Assembly (NCBI GenBank): GCA_016188145.1
Contig: JACPIJ010000060.1
Location: 1-51,699, forward strand
Direction: 5' to 3'
Source of the DNA: Candidatus Woesearchaeota archaeon
Lineage (GTDB): Archaea; Nanobdellota; Nanobdellia; Woesearchaeales; UBA10216
Length of the DNA: 51,699 nt
In this document: one piece after another, positions 38,155-47,281 of the stretch
How the letters are laid out: each line of letters starts with the position of its first letter
Numbering within the stretch: the stretch's first letter is position 1
Program-made: the position numbers and the translations under genes
The notes under the pieces: generated by a model
Told to the model about the DNA's origin: nothing
Database searches by the model: none
What the model saw: the letters and a program-made list of their open reading frames with translations, nothing else

Positions 38155-38796
38155 TCAAACCTCCACAACCTCTCCTTTCGGCCCCGGATTAATAACCAGC
38201 GTCTTTCCAATCCTGTCCTTCTTGCCCTGCGTTTCGTGCAAATGGCCGCATACGTGCAGCAACGGCTGGAATTTTTTGACAAACCTTGTGTAACTCTTAT
38301 TGCCGTGGTGTGCCCAGATGTAGTCAAGCTTTGTGCCGTGAGGGGGTTGGTGAGTGATGAATATGATTTTTTTGCCCTTTTTTCGCAGCTGCTGCAGCCG
38401 GAACGAAATTCCTCTTGCAAACCTCTCAAAGTCCTCGCTTACACTGTCAAACCCTTCCCCGCCGTGCCCTACAAAGACGTAATCCGGAAATTCGTTGCTG
38501 CCATAAACTTTCCTGTGAATCTGCTTAACATTTTTGAGCGTCCTGCATATCTCGTAAACAAGGCCTTCATCCTCGTGGTTGCCGTTGACCAGCATTACGG
38601 GCTTTCCGATTGTGTCAAGCTTCCTCATTATGCGCAGTATGTTGTGTTCAAAGACGGTAAAGTCCCCTGCGCATACAACAACATCTGCTTTTTTTGCCCT
38701 TTTTGCAACTATTCCCAGCGCCTTTTCATTGCCGTGCAGGTCGCTGAACGCAAGAAGCTTCAGTTTTCTTTTCTTCTTTGTTATTTTGGCTTTCAT
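38155..38796 (-). CDS. calcineurin-like metallophosphoesterase
   Basis: Motifs SDLHG, AGDF, GNHE, THQPP and CGHLHE. Confidence 0.92.
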   Translation of the reverse strand: MKAKITKKKRKLKLLAFSDLHGNEKALGIVAKRAKKADVVVCAGDFTVFEHNILRIMRKLDTIGKPVMLVNGNHEDEGLVYEICRTLKNVKQIHRKVYGSNEFPDYVFVGHGGEGFDSVSEDFERFARGISFRLQQLRKKGKKIIFITHQPPHGTKLDYIWAHHGNKSYTRFVKKFQPLLHVCGHLHETQGKKDRIGKTLVINPGPKGEVVEV

Positions 38797-38799
38797 AAT

Positions 38800-38833
38800 C
38801 GTTTTTTGATAAACCTTTTTTCTAAAAAGGTTT
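38800..38833 (-). repeat. dispersed hairpin repeat, copy E (short form)
   Basis: Minus strand AAACCTTTTTAGAAAAAAGGTTT-ATCAAAAAACG, between the TATA box and the start codon. Confidence 0.8.
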
Positions 38834-38855
38834 TGTTGAGGCGCTATTTAAAACT

Positions 38856-40043
38856 TTACGCTACTGTAGCATAATAATCCTCTAGCACCAGCACGTCGAC
38901 GTCTTCAATGCTTTTAGCCACCAGGAACCTTCCTTTTCCTATCTCGACAATTTTCTCCGCCAGTTTTCTGCCCTCCTCGTCAGGGCTTATGCCTATGACG
39001 GACACTGTTATGCCTTTTGATGCTATCTGCGATACGGCTTCGAGCGTTTCCTTTTCCGGCTCCTGCCCTGCTGTTGGCATTATGTCAGTTATCAGGATCA
39101 GGTGTTTTTTCGACTCTGCTTTCTCCCTTTCCAGCATTTCCGCAGCTTTCCGGATTGTTGCCGCTATGTCTGTCTGCTCAAGGGCTTTTATTCTGGCTAT
39201 CTCGTGCAGCAGGTGGCTGAAGTCCTTTGTCGGATTTACCTCTGCCCTTACCTGTCTCCCGAAAACGACCATTCCCACAAGGTCATTGCCTTCAATTGCC
39301 TTGTATGCCAGTGCGACTCCAGCTTTTTTGCACTGCTCGAGCTTTTTTCCTTTCATGCTTCCTGATGCGTCAAGGGCGTAGATTACCGTGTTCCTGCCTT
39401 TTGACTCGCGCTCAAGGCTTTCGAGGTCTTCCATCTGCACGGCCGTGTGGCCTCTTTTTGCGGCTTTTTTTATCGTTTTCCTTATTGCTATGTCCCTATA
39501 CCTCTCGCTGGTGTACGGCTTTGTCTCTTCGGTTTCTCCTGTTCTCGTGATTCTTCTCCTGTGCTTCTCGCCATAGCCCTTTGCTGCCAGGCTGTCTATT
39601 TCTTCTGTGAAGATTATGAGGGCTGCCAGCTTTATTGCTTTGTCTGTCAGCTGGTATTCTGCGTCTATAAGCTTGTGCTTTTGCAGCTGACCCAGCTTTT
39701 GCCTTATTCTTTCCCTGAGCTCCTTCCTGAACTCCGGAATGTTAAGGTTTCTCTCAACCTGTTCAGGCTCATACCCTGTCAGTGCCCTTATCATGGCCTC
39801 TCCGGTGAGCTGTTTTGCGAGCTTGTAGTTTTTTACTATCTGCTCAAGCATAAGCTCCGGTGTCAGTGCCCCTATTCCCTGGTTTATGGCGTCGAGTATG
39901 AGGTGGGCGTTGTCTGTTGCTTCCTTGTCGTCTTCAAGGATTGTTTTCATCAGCCTTTTTTCTTCAGGGTCTGATTTCAGCTTTCCGGACAGTTCTTCTA
40001 TCAGTGAGAATTCTTTTGGCTTTTGCTCTGAGCTACCGGCCAT
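38856..40043 (-). CDS. VWA domain protein (ChlD-like partner of the AAA+ ATPase)
   Basis: MIDAS motif LDASGSM, TDIAATI and ILITD. Start probably ATG 40043. Confidence 0.88.
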   Translation of the reverse strand: MAGSSEQKPKEFSLIEELSGKLKSDPEEKRLMKTILEDDKEATDNAHLILDAINQGIGALTPELMLEQIVKNYKLAKQLTGEAMIRALTGYEPEQVERNLNIPEFRKELRERIRQKLGQLQKHKLIDAEYQLTDKAIKLAALIIFTEEIDSLAAKGYGEKHRRRITRTGETEETKPYTSERYRDIAIRKTIKKAAKRGHTAVQMEDLESLERESKGRNTVIYALDASGSMKGKKLEQCKKAGVALAYKAIEGNDLVGMVVFGRQVRAEVNPTKDFSHLLHEIARIKALEQTDIAATIRKAAEMLEREKAESKKHLILITDIMPTAGQEPEKETLEAVSQIASKGITVSVIGISPDEEGRKLAEKIVEIGKGRFLVAKSIEDVDVLVLEDYYATVA

Positions 40044-41052
40044 CACCCTGTAGCACTTGGTGGTCTTGTGAGAAGTCTTCAAGCTCTTCCTTTATGAACT
40101 CTTCCGGGCTCATCGCATATCTGGCAGAGGGCTTGAGCCCTATTCTGTGTGCAAGGACCGACATTATGGCGTCTTTCACATCCTCCTGCTGCACTTGTTT
40201 GTGTTTCCTTAGCAGGGCGTTTGCCTGTGCCCTTTCGTAAAGGCCAATGCTGGCCCGTACGCTTGGCAGCTTCTCCAGCTTTTTGCTTTCCCTGAGCTGC
40301 CGCACAAAGCTTATTGTGAAGTCAATGAGCTGCTGCTGGAATTCAACTGGCTCAATCCTTTTGCCTTTCTCAATGACTATCCTTTTTTCTGTTTCGTGAT
40401 TCTCAGGGTAAGTCATGTAGATGAGGTCAAACCTGTCCAGGAAAACGTCAGAAAGCTTTTCTGTGCTGGAATCATACGGATTCAATGTACCTATAAATAT
40501 GAAATCCGCATCAAGGTCAACCTTGTAGCTGCCTAGGGTCGCCTTTTTTTCTTCCAGGACCTGCAGCAGCGCATTCTGCAGCCTCTGGGGGCACCTGTTC
40601 AGCTCGTCGAAGAACAGCACTCCGTTGTTTGCCCTGAATATTTTTCCTGGCGAGAATGCTTCCAATGACGTTGGGCCGAACTTCAGCGCCTTTATCGGGT
40701 CTATATCACCAAGCAAATCCTCTGCTGCTAAATCAGGAGAGCCTTGCACCCTTATGAACCGCTCCGAGCCTTTGCTTTTCTTCTTTGCTGTTTTAGCTCC
40801 GGATTTGCACTGTTGGCATACCGGCTTTTCAGGGAGGCAGTTGAACCCGCAGCCGTTTACTGTTATTTCTGGAAGCAGCTTTGCAACGTTTTTGGCCAGT
40901 GTTGTTTTTCCAACTCCAGGCGGCCCTATGATTATGACGTTCCTCTCGGCAAGGAGCGCTGACTTGAGCTGTTCTTTCGTTGTGTCCTGCCCTATTATGT
41001 CAGTGAAGCAGTCATTTGCCAGCAGCGCTTTTTTCAGCTCGTCATTTATCAT
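40033..41052 (-). CDS. MoxR/ChlI-like AAA+ ATPase
   Basis: Walker A GPPGVGKT, Walker B LFFDELNR, QNALLQVLEE and FLDRF. Confidence 0.9.
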   Translation of the reverse strand: MINDELKKALLANDCFTDIIGQDTTKEQLKSALLAERNVIIIGPPGVGKTTLAKNVAKLLPEITVNGCGFNCLPEKPVCQQCKSGAKTAKKKSKGSERFIRVQGSPDLAAEDLLGDIDPIKALKFGPTSLEAFSPGKIFRANNGVLFFDELNRCPQRLQNALLQVLEEKKATLGSYKVDLDADFIFIGTLNPYDSSTEKLSDVFLDRFDLIYMTYPENHETEKRIVIEKGKRIEPVEFQQQLIDFTISFVRQLRESKKLEKLPSVRASIGLYERAQANALLRKHKQVQQEDVKDAIMSVLAHRIGLKPSARYAMSPEEFIKEELEDFSQDHQVLQGDGR

Positions 41053-41078
41053 TGCAGCTCAACCCGTCTCAGCCTAGT

Positions 41079-41585
41079 TCAGCCTTGTTCAGCCTTTTGC
41101 AGGGCTGCTTTTATGTTTATGCCTTCCGTAACAACTATTTCCGCAACCTTGCCGAACATGTGCTCTTTCCTATCATCTTCCAGCACCTTTCTTATCCTTT
41201 GCAGGAGCGGCTCAAGCTCCTTGTAAGCGTAGATTGCTGCTGCCAGGGCATCTTTCTCGTGCTCATTGCCCGCCCTGCTGGCTTTGCCTGCTTTGCCGGC
41301 TATGTAATCCCTCGTCAGCGTCTCCTTTTCAGCCACGAACAGGTCCTCTTTTGGCGCTATTATCCTTGCCCCGGTTTTCGCTGCAGCTTTCTCAATCAGG
41401 CCAGGGCATTTCTTCTTGTCAGTGCCTATCGCCAGGACAGTTCCAAAGCCAACAACCTCTTCAACCATGCTGTTCAGCTCAAGCTGCTTTGACGACCTTG
41501 TTATAAGAACATTGCCTCTCGTGTCCAGCACAGCATACCCCACAGTCGTGCCGGGGTCCACCCCAACTATCAAGAGCTCCCTCAT
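41079..41585 (-). CDS. DUF460 domain protein (RNase H-like fold)
   Basis: IVGVDPGTTVG and NEHEKDALAAA motifs. Confidence 0.85.
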   Translation of the reverse strand: MRELLIVGVDPGTTVGYAVLDTRGNVLITRSSKQLELNSMVEEVVGFGTVLAIGTDKKKCPGLIEKAAAKTGARIIAPKEDLFVAEKETLTRDYIAGKAGKASRAGNEHEKDALAAAIYAYKELEPLLQRIRKVLEDDRKEHMFGKVAEIVVTEGINIKAALQKAEQG

Positions 41586-41632
41586 CCAGCCAACAAGAAT
41601 AACTTCGGCATTTAAATAGGTATTCCCTTATT

Positions 41633-41665
41633 CGTTTTTGATTGACCTTTTTTCTAAAAAGGTCA
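41633..41665 (-). repeat. dispersed hairpin repeat, copy F (short form)
   Basis: Minus strand TGACCTTTTTAGAAAAAAGGTCA-ATCAAAAACG. Confidence 0.82.
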
Positions 41666-41817
41666 TGCGCTTTCGCTCCTTTGCACGCCTTTTACTTTGT
41701 CAAATGCGGCGTCATGTTTCACATCATAGTGTCTATTTCATTCAGGAAGTTTTTGCCAAAGTCAACCTTTGGACGGTTAAGAAACTTCTTGAATGGAGGT
41801 GAAGGTCTCAGAAACAT
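41663..41817 (-). pseudogene. possible collapsed antitoxin/PIN-toxin remnant
   Basis: A short ORF ending ...KFLNRPKVDFGKNFLNEIDTMM* overlaps (GTGA) VKHDAAFDKVKGVQRSESA*, which resembles a PIN/VapC C-terminus. Confidence 0.35.
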
Positions 41818-41844
41818 TATTAAATATCGTGAAAATAGTAGCTT

Positions 41845-44193
41845 ATGATGGAAAAAGAAGTGATGCTGGCAATTTGTGCTATTTTTCTGGTTATCCTGAG
41901 TAGTGGTTGCGCTCCTCAAGGAGTTCCTATAGAGAATGTACTAGAACCCATTGTTGAAGATGCTCAACAGGAAGCAGCGGAAGATCTAGAACCTGTTGTT
42001 GAAGAAAAAGATGAAGTGGCATTTGAAGATGATCCAGCATTTAATCTACCGCCAGATCAAGATTCATCTGGTTGGACACAAACATCCGGACCGCTAGGAG
42101 GAGTAGTCATTAGAATGGTCCCTCACGATGGAACCGTTTGGGCCTCATTGTATTCAGGAGGAATTTATGAACTTCAGCCAGATAATTCTTGGAAACAAAT
42201 CGCGGTAGGGCATGGCATTCCAGAAGTCCGCGCCTTTGACATTGTGGCTGATCCCAGCAACGTCAACATTGCTTATGTTCCAGAAATGATTGCATGTGTA
42301 GCAAAGACAACGAATAAAGGAGTTAGTTGGCAGGGTTTATGTGATAAGGTGGTCAGAGATATTGGATCGCCTAATTTCAACTCGCACACGTTGGCGCTCG
42401 ATCCAGACAATCCGAAGATAGTGTATGTGCCGGGCCATACTCATGATCAAACCAGTATGCTCATCATTTCTACGGATGGAGGAGAACACTGGGAAAAACG
42501 CTTCACCTTTGATAAGCATTATGATTTTAATCACATTTATTTTTATAATTCAAAAATGTATCTTGCCACGCGTGATGATGGTGTTTTGGTTTCATCCGAC
42601 AAAGGTAAAAGTTGGGTGCCATTCAACGCTGGCCTTGAAGATCTAAAGACTGCTCGGTTCGTGAATTTCAAAAATACCCTTTATCTACTTGGTGCTGAAC
42701 TGCAATTTAATGTCCGCATGGGAGGCAACTTGTACCGCCTGGCGAATGATGGTTTATCATGGGAAAAAGTTCCTGAGGTTCAGGAGTTGTTTCATGAGGT
42801 TACGGGGATCGGAACGGATGGCACAACACTCTTTATTGGAACATGGGATCCTAATCCTACACTTTGGGCTTCACCAGACGGTGTCTCATTTCAGAGAGCA
42901 GAATCCAAAGGATTGCCGCGCGATTGGATTGGGGAGATTGTGCCGCTTGATGGAAAAATATATGTTGGTACAGGTGGTGATGGCGTGTATGTATCTTTGG
43001 ATAATGGCAACACCTTTGAGGAGTTCAACAAAGATCTGATTTCTATTGCAACGCGGGAAGTGTATGTTAATCCAAAAGATGAGAACGAAATATACGTTGG
43101 AACCTGGGACCGGCTCGGTTTTTATTGGTCAAAAAATGGTGGTAAAGGATATAAGCGTGTTGCAACAGACCTAAGCATTGTCACTCTTCTGCCAGATCCC
43201 CATAACTTCTCGATCGTGTACCTTGGAGGTGATGGATTTTTTAAAGGAACAGTGCATGAAAAAAGCAGCACATTTGTTCAAAAAAATAAGCCAGGAAGCA
43301 TGACATCTGTCATCAAATCCATCGCAGTTGATCCAAAAAATTCTGATCATATTCTTATAGGAATTGGAGATGAACTAGCTGAAACCCCACCGGGTGAGGG
43401 ACTCTGGGAATCCTATGATGGGGGAGAAAGCTGGAATAGAGTGCAAGGAATTGGAAATTTTGCAGTATATTCTATTATTTTTAATCCGATTGATCCAAGT
43501 ATAGTATATGCATCAGCATTAGGCGGAGGAGTATTTAAGAGCAACGATGGTGGCAGCCACTTTACGTCATTAGGAACAGATAAACTTAAATATACTTACC
43601 GACTGGTAATGTCTCCCGCAGATCCTAATATAATTATTGCATCTTCCAACGTCTTTTTCGGACAACTTTCCTCAGAGGAACAAATATCAGGAAAATATGG
43701 AGGAATTTTTCAAAGCAAGGACGGTGGGGCAACTTGGAAAGAACTTACCAAGGGAATTCGAAATTATGAAGGTGGAGAGAGGGAAGAAGACTTCTTGGGC
43801 TGGCTCTATAATTTTGGCCACCTGCCAAATTATGAAAATATCCTTATTGACCCAAAAAACCCCGATCATCTGGTCGTTGGGCATCACGGAGAGAACGTCG
43901 TAGAAACTACCGATGGTGGTGCAAGTTGGAAAAAAGCTGGAGCAAATGAGATGGTGCCTGGCGGTATCCACAATTATGCTTACTGCTTAGGTGCATCGCC
44001 AAGTTTCAAAAAATTTTATGCCTGCACATGCGGACGCGGGTTATTTCGAGGTATTATGAATGAAAAGGGTTACATCTCTTTGAGCTTAACCGGCGCTGCA
44101 GTCTACGCTGATGAAGAAGAACATCCCCAACCTCGCAATGCTGCAGAAGCAAGAGAATTCATCTTATCTGGAGAATATAATCATCAGCATTAA
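41845..44193 (+). CDS. secreted lipoprotein with BNR/Asp-box repeats (Vps10/xyloglucanase-like beta-propeller)
   Basis: Lipobox-like SSGC and many SxDGGxxW repeats. Confidence 0.85.
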   Translation: MMEKEVMLAICAIFLVILSSGCAPQGVPIENVLEPIVEDAQQEAAEDLEPVVEEKDEVAFEDDPAFNLPPDQDSSGWTQTSGPLGGVVIRMVPHDGTVWASLYSGGIYELQPDNSWKQIAVGHGIPEVRAFDIVADPSNVNIAYVPEMIACVAKTTNKGVSWQGLCDKVVRDIGSPNFNSHTLALDPDNPKIVYVPGHTHDQTSMLIISTDGGEHWEKRFTFDKHYDFNHIYFYNSKMYLATRDDGVLVSSDKGKSWVPFNAGLEDLKTARFVNFKNTLYLLGAELQFNVRMGGNLYRLANDGLSWEKVPEVQELFHEVTGIGTDGTTLFIGTWDPNPTLWASPDGVSFQRAESKGLPRDWIGEIVPLDGKIYVGTGGDGVYVSLDNGNTFEEFNKDLISIATREVYVNPKDENEIYVGTWDRLGFYWSKNGGKGYKRVATDLSIVTLLPDPHNFSIVYLGGDGFFKGTVHEKSSTFVQKNKPGSMTSVIKSIAVDPKNSDHILIGIGDELAETPPGEGLWESYDGGESWNRVQGIGNFAVYSIIFNPIDPSIVYASALGGGVFKSNDGGSHFTSLGTDKLKYTYRLVMSPADPNIIIASSNVFFGQLSSEEQISGKYGGIFQSKDGGATWKELTKGIRNYEGGEREEDFLGWLYNFGHLPNYENILIDPKNPDHLVVGHHGENVVETTDGGASWKKAGANEMVPGGIHNYAYCLGASPSFKKFYACTCGRGLFRGIMNEKGYISLSLTGAAVYADEEEHPQPRNAAEAREFILSGEYNHQH

Positions 44194-44233
44194 CTAAAAT
44201 TTATTTTGGCGCATTTTTCAGATTATCGCTTGG

Positions 44234-44944
44234 CTATTCAAGCTTCACATAATCCTGGTCGCGGCTACCTGGAAAATTAGCATCGCCGTTCTTGGTTCCT
44301 TCAACAGGGCACGGCTCAGCGTCCCTTTCTGCTTTTGGGATGATGATATTTTCAGGATTTACTCCCTTGTCAGCGTATTCGCTAAGCACAGCTGCTGACA
44401 TGTGGAGGAATGGCGAGTCAAACACCTGCCCTCTGAAGCCGAACTGCTTCAGGCCGATGTCGAAGTTGTGAATCTCCTGATGCGCATAGCCGACCAGCTG
44501 CCCGGCCTTAACATAGCTTCCTTCTCTAATCTCCGGCATTGGGCTGGTGTGGAAGAAGATAAAGTTCCATGACGGCGCTGCATTGGCTGAAATGAACATT
44601 TGTTTTCCAGGAGGGGATTCAAGGAGCTCTGTTACCTTTCCATCAAAAGGGGCGAAAATTTTCACTGTGTTGCCAACGCGCAATTTCTGGAGGGGTTCAA
44701 CGTAGTGCTTCATGGACCTGAGTGTTTCCCTCTCCCCCTTGTTGTTGAGGCCGCTGTAGTCATGCCCGACACAGCTTCTGAATTTGGAAATCCTTTCTAT
44801 CTGGGATAAGTCTAGGGGGTTGGCAACGATGAACTTCTCACCGCTTTTCTGGATTGGCGTCTGCTTCTTCTCTTGAACACAACCGCTAACCAGAAAGATA
44901 GTAAGCGCAACAACCGCAATAACGGTTAAAGCTTCTTTTTTCAT
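44234..44944 (-). CDS. putative lipoprotein with M23-like barrel-sandwich fold
   Basis: VSGC lipobox; IFAPFDGKV, FFH and VKAGQLVG motifs. Confidence 0.6.
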   Translation of the reverse strand: MKKEALTVIAVVALTIFLVSGCVQEKKQTPIQKSGEKFIVANPLDLSQIERISKFRSCVGHDYSGLNNKGERETLRSMKHYVEPLQKLRVGNTVKIFAPFDGKVTELLESPPGKQMFISANAAPSWNFIFFHTSPMPEIREGSYVKAGQLVGYAHQEIHNFDIGLKQFGFRGQVFDSPFLHMSAAVLSEYADKGVNPENIIIPKAERDAEPCPVEGTKNGDANFPGSRDQDYVKLE

Positions 44945-44947
44945 CTT

Positions 44948-45928
44948 TCACAGCCAGTCGTTCTTCTTCGCGTAGAAGAATATGGAGGCCATCAGTGCCA
45001 AGGTTGACCCCGTTACTGCGAAGAAGCCCCATTCGTATTGCGCGAAGGGTATGACGCTGAAGTTCATCCCGAAGATTCCGGAAATCAGCGTTGGTATGAG
45101 CAGTATCAGGCCGTAGGCAGCAAGCCTCTTCATAATGAGGTTAAGGTTGTTTGATATTATTGCAAGCCTGTTGTTCACGCCTGTCGCATAAACTGTAAGG
45201 GCATCGCTTAGCATCTCCTTTTGCGCTGCAGCCACGTCTATCTGGTGCAGGAACGTTTCATGGACATCGCCCAGGAGCCGGATGCTTTCCGTGTCAATGC
45301 CGACCTGTGCAACGCCCATCCTTATGAGCGAGATGACTCTTGTTGTTGCCCAAAACTGCCTGCTGAGCTTGTAAAGCTGCGATTTCAGGTACATGATGTC
45401 GTCCACTTTTATCCTTGATTCTTTTTCGAACATCGCAGCCTTGAACTCTATGCTTTTGATTTGCTCCTCGATTTTGCCAAGGACCTCATAGTTCTCGTCT
45501 ACGTCCTCCTGCAGGAAGTTGCAGAGTATGTGGCCTATGCTCCTTACCTTTGTCTTCCTGAACCCCTCGAGCAGGTTGGTCACAAGCTCGTCATAGTAGC
45601 GTGATTCTTTTGCTGATGCAACTATCAGGCACTTGTTTGTCAGGACGAAAAGCAGGTTCGTGGAGTCAACCTTGCCGTCTTCAATGTAAACAGATCTCAT
45701 TACGAACTGGAAAGGGACTGTTATGAACCTTCTGGAGTGAAATTCTTTTGCAAAATTAGCGATGGGCCTTTTGTCAAACTTAAAGTCAGAAGCAATCCTG
45801 TCAATCTCTTCCCTGTTCGGTCTGCTTAAGAAGATGAGAAGGTAGTCTTTCTTCCCTGGCTTGGGGTAGTCGAGCCTTGAGCCTTTCTTTACAGAGCCTT
45901 TTCCGTCGAACAGGACATAGCTTATCAT
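44948..45928 (-). CDS. corA: CorA family Mg2+/Co2+ transporter
   Basis: PTLISGIFGMNF signature and two C-terminal TM helices. Confidence 0.92.
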   Translation of the reverse strand: MISYVLFDGKGSVKKGSRLDYPKPGKKDYLLIFLSRPNREEIDRIASDFKFDKRPIANFAKEFHSRRFITVPFQFVMRSVYIEDGKVDSTNLLFVLTNKCLIVASAKESRYYDELVTNLLEGFRKTKVRSIGHILCNFLQEDVDENYEVLGKIEEQIKSIEFKAAMFEKESRIKVDDIMYLKSQLYKLSRQFWATTRVISLIRMGVAQVGIDTESIRLLGDVHETFLHQIDVAAAQKEMLSDALTVYATGVNNRLAIISNNLNLIMKRLAAYGLILLIPTLISGIFGMNFSVIPFAQYEWGFFAVTGSTLALMASIFFYAKKNDWL

Positions 45929-46112
45929 TGCGCTTCCTCTTTTGCGTCGATTCGTGTGTCGTCAATCCGTCCACAATTTGCCAGCAGCAGGTCGGCGGCT
46001 CTTTGCTGTCTTCTATGGTCTCTTTTGAGGCGTATTTAAACTTTGCCTTTTTAAAATGAGCAGCGTCAATCCTGCAACAACTATTTATAGTCGCAGCAGC
46101 GGCCATAGCCAT

Positions 46113-47273
46113 ATGATTAAAATAGACGGCAGCTACCTTGAAGCCGGCGGCCAAATCTTGAGGACAGCCCTTACACTTTCTTCCCTCACTTTGCAGCCAT
46201 TTGAGATAACCAATATCCGCAAAGGGCGCCCTAATCCCGGCCTTCAGCCGCAGCACCTTGCATGCGTAAAGGCATTGGAGGGCTTGTGCAACGCCTCTTC
46301 GGAAGGTGCCGAGGTCGGTTCAGCGGTTGTGAAGTTTTATCCTGGAAAGCCACAGTCAAGAACGCTTAACATTGATATCGGGACTGCTGGCTCAATCACT
46401 CTCCTGTTGCAGGCGGTTCTGCTTCCTGCATTGTTTGCGCCGGGCAAGGTCCGCCTCAAGCTGACTGGCGGTACAAGCGTGATGCACAGCCAGCCCGTTG
46501 AGTATTTTAGCGGCGTTTTCCTCCCCCATACGGCTAGTTTTGGCAACTGCAGCTTTTCGCTGTTGCGCCGTGGATACTTTCCCAAAGGCGGAGGAAAGGC
46601 GGAGCTCGAGATAAGGCCGCTTTTTCATCTTAATGACTACGACACTTTTGCAGATTTCGGAAAGGCGATATCGCAACAGATTACTGGAATAAGTCTGGCC
46701 GAAAGGGGAAAGCTCCTGAAAATAGCAGGAGTGTCCCACGCCTCGGCTGATTTGAGAAAGGCAGAGGTTGCCGAAAGGCAAGCTAGGTCAGCGAAGTCAA
46801 CTTTGTTGCAGCAGCTGCAGAAAATTAACGGCAGTTGCCCGGTAAGCATCCAGGCAGAGTATTCAGATTCCTTTTCAACAGGCTCAGGAATAACCTTGTT
46901 TGCATATTTTGCTTCTGCGTGGAAAGACGACATTGATGCTGTCAATCCTGTAATTCTTGGCGCTGATGCCCTTGGTGAGCGTGGCAAAAGGGCTGAGGCT
47001 GTTGGCCAGGAAGCGGCAGCTGCTTTGGTTAAGGAAATAAGTTCAGGAGCATGTGTTGACCGTTATCTGGCAGACCAGCTCATTCCTTTTATGGCCCTTG
47101 CCGGCAACAGCAATAAGGGCAGCTCTACGCCGCCCTTATCAACCCTCGGCAGCCTCATAAGGGCTTCGGAAATCACGAATCATTGCCTCACTAACATCTT
47201 TGTTGTGGAGCAGTTTCTTGGCAAGTGCTTTGAGGTGGATGAAGGGAGAAAGCTTATTCGCACAACTGAATGA
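46113..47273 (+). CDS. rtcA: RNA 3'-terminal phosphate cyclase
   Basis: IDGSYLEAGGQILR, RPNPGLQPQH, RRGYFPKGGG, YLADQL and the catalytic His in TNHCLTN. Start ATG 46113. Confidence 0.94.
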   Translation: MIKIDGSYLEAGGQILRTALTLSSLTLQPFEITNIRKGRPNPGLQPQHLACVKALEGLCNASSEGAEVGSAVVKFYPGKPQSRTLNIDIGTAGSITLLLQAVLLPALFAPGKVRLKLTGGTSVMHSQPVEYFSGVFLPHTASFGNCSFSLLRRGYFPKGGGKAELEIRPLFHLNDYDTFADFGKAISQQITGISLAERGKLLKIAGVSHASADLRKAEVAERQARSAKSTLLQQLQKINGSCPVSIQAEYSDSFSTGSGITLFAYFASAWKDDIDAVNPVILGADALGERGKRAEAVGQEAAAALVKEISSGACVDRYLADQLIPFMALAGNSNKGSSTPPLSTLGSLIRASEITNHCLTNIFVVEQFLGKCFEVDEGRKLIRTTE

Positions 47274-47281
47274 GATGGGAA

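Noticed and set aside
38856..41052. Magnesium chelatase / chlorophyll synthesis
   Set aside because: No ChlH/CobN subunit in the window; AAA+/VWA pairs are common chaperone-like modules.
41069..41098. 10-bp tandem repeat TCAGCCT x3
   Set aside because: Short slippage-type duplication at a gene end with no further support.
1591..41665. CRISPR array
   Set aside because: The repeat copies are kilobases apart with no regular spacers, and there are no cas genes.
47052..47200. RtcA inactive because of YLADQL instead of HLADQL
   Set aside because: The adenylated histidine is in the later HxxTN motif, which is present (NHCLTN).
46113..47273. Genome-wide CUG-to-Ser reassignment
   Set aside because: CTG codons fall at conserved Leu/hydrophobic positions in rtcA (SITLLLQ, YLADQL, LTGGT), so CUG is read mainly as Leu.
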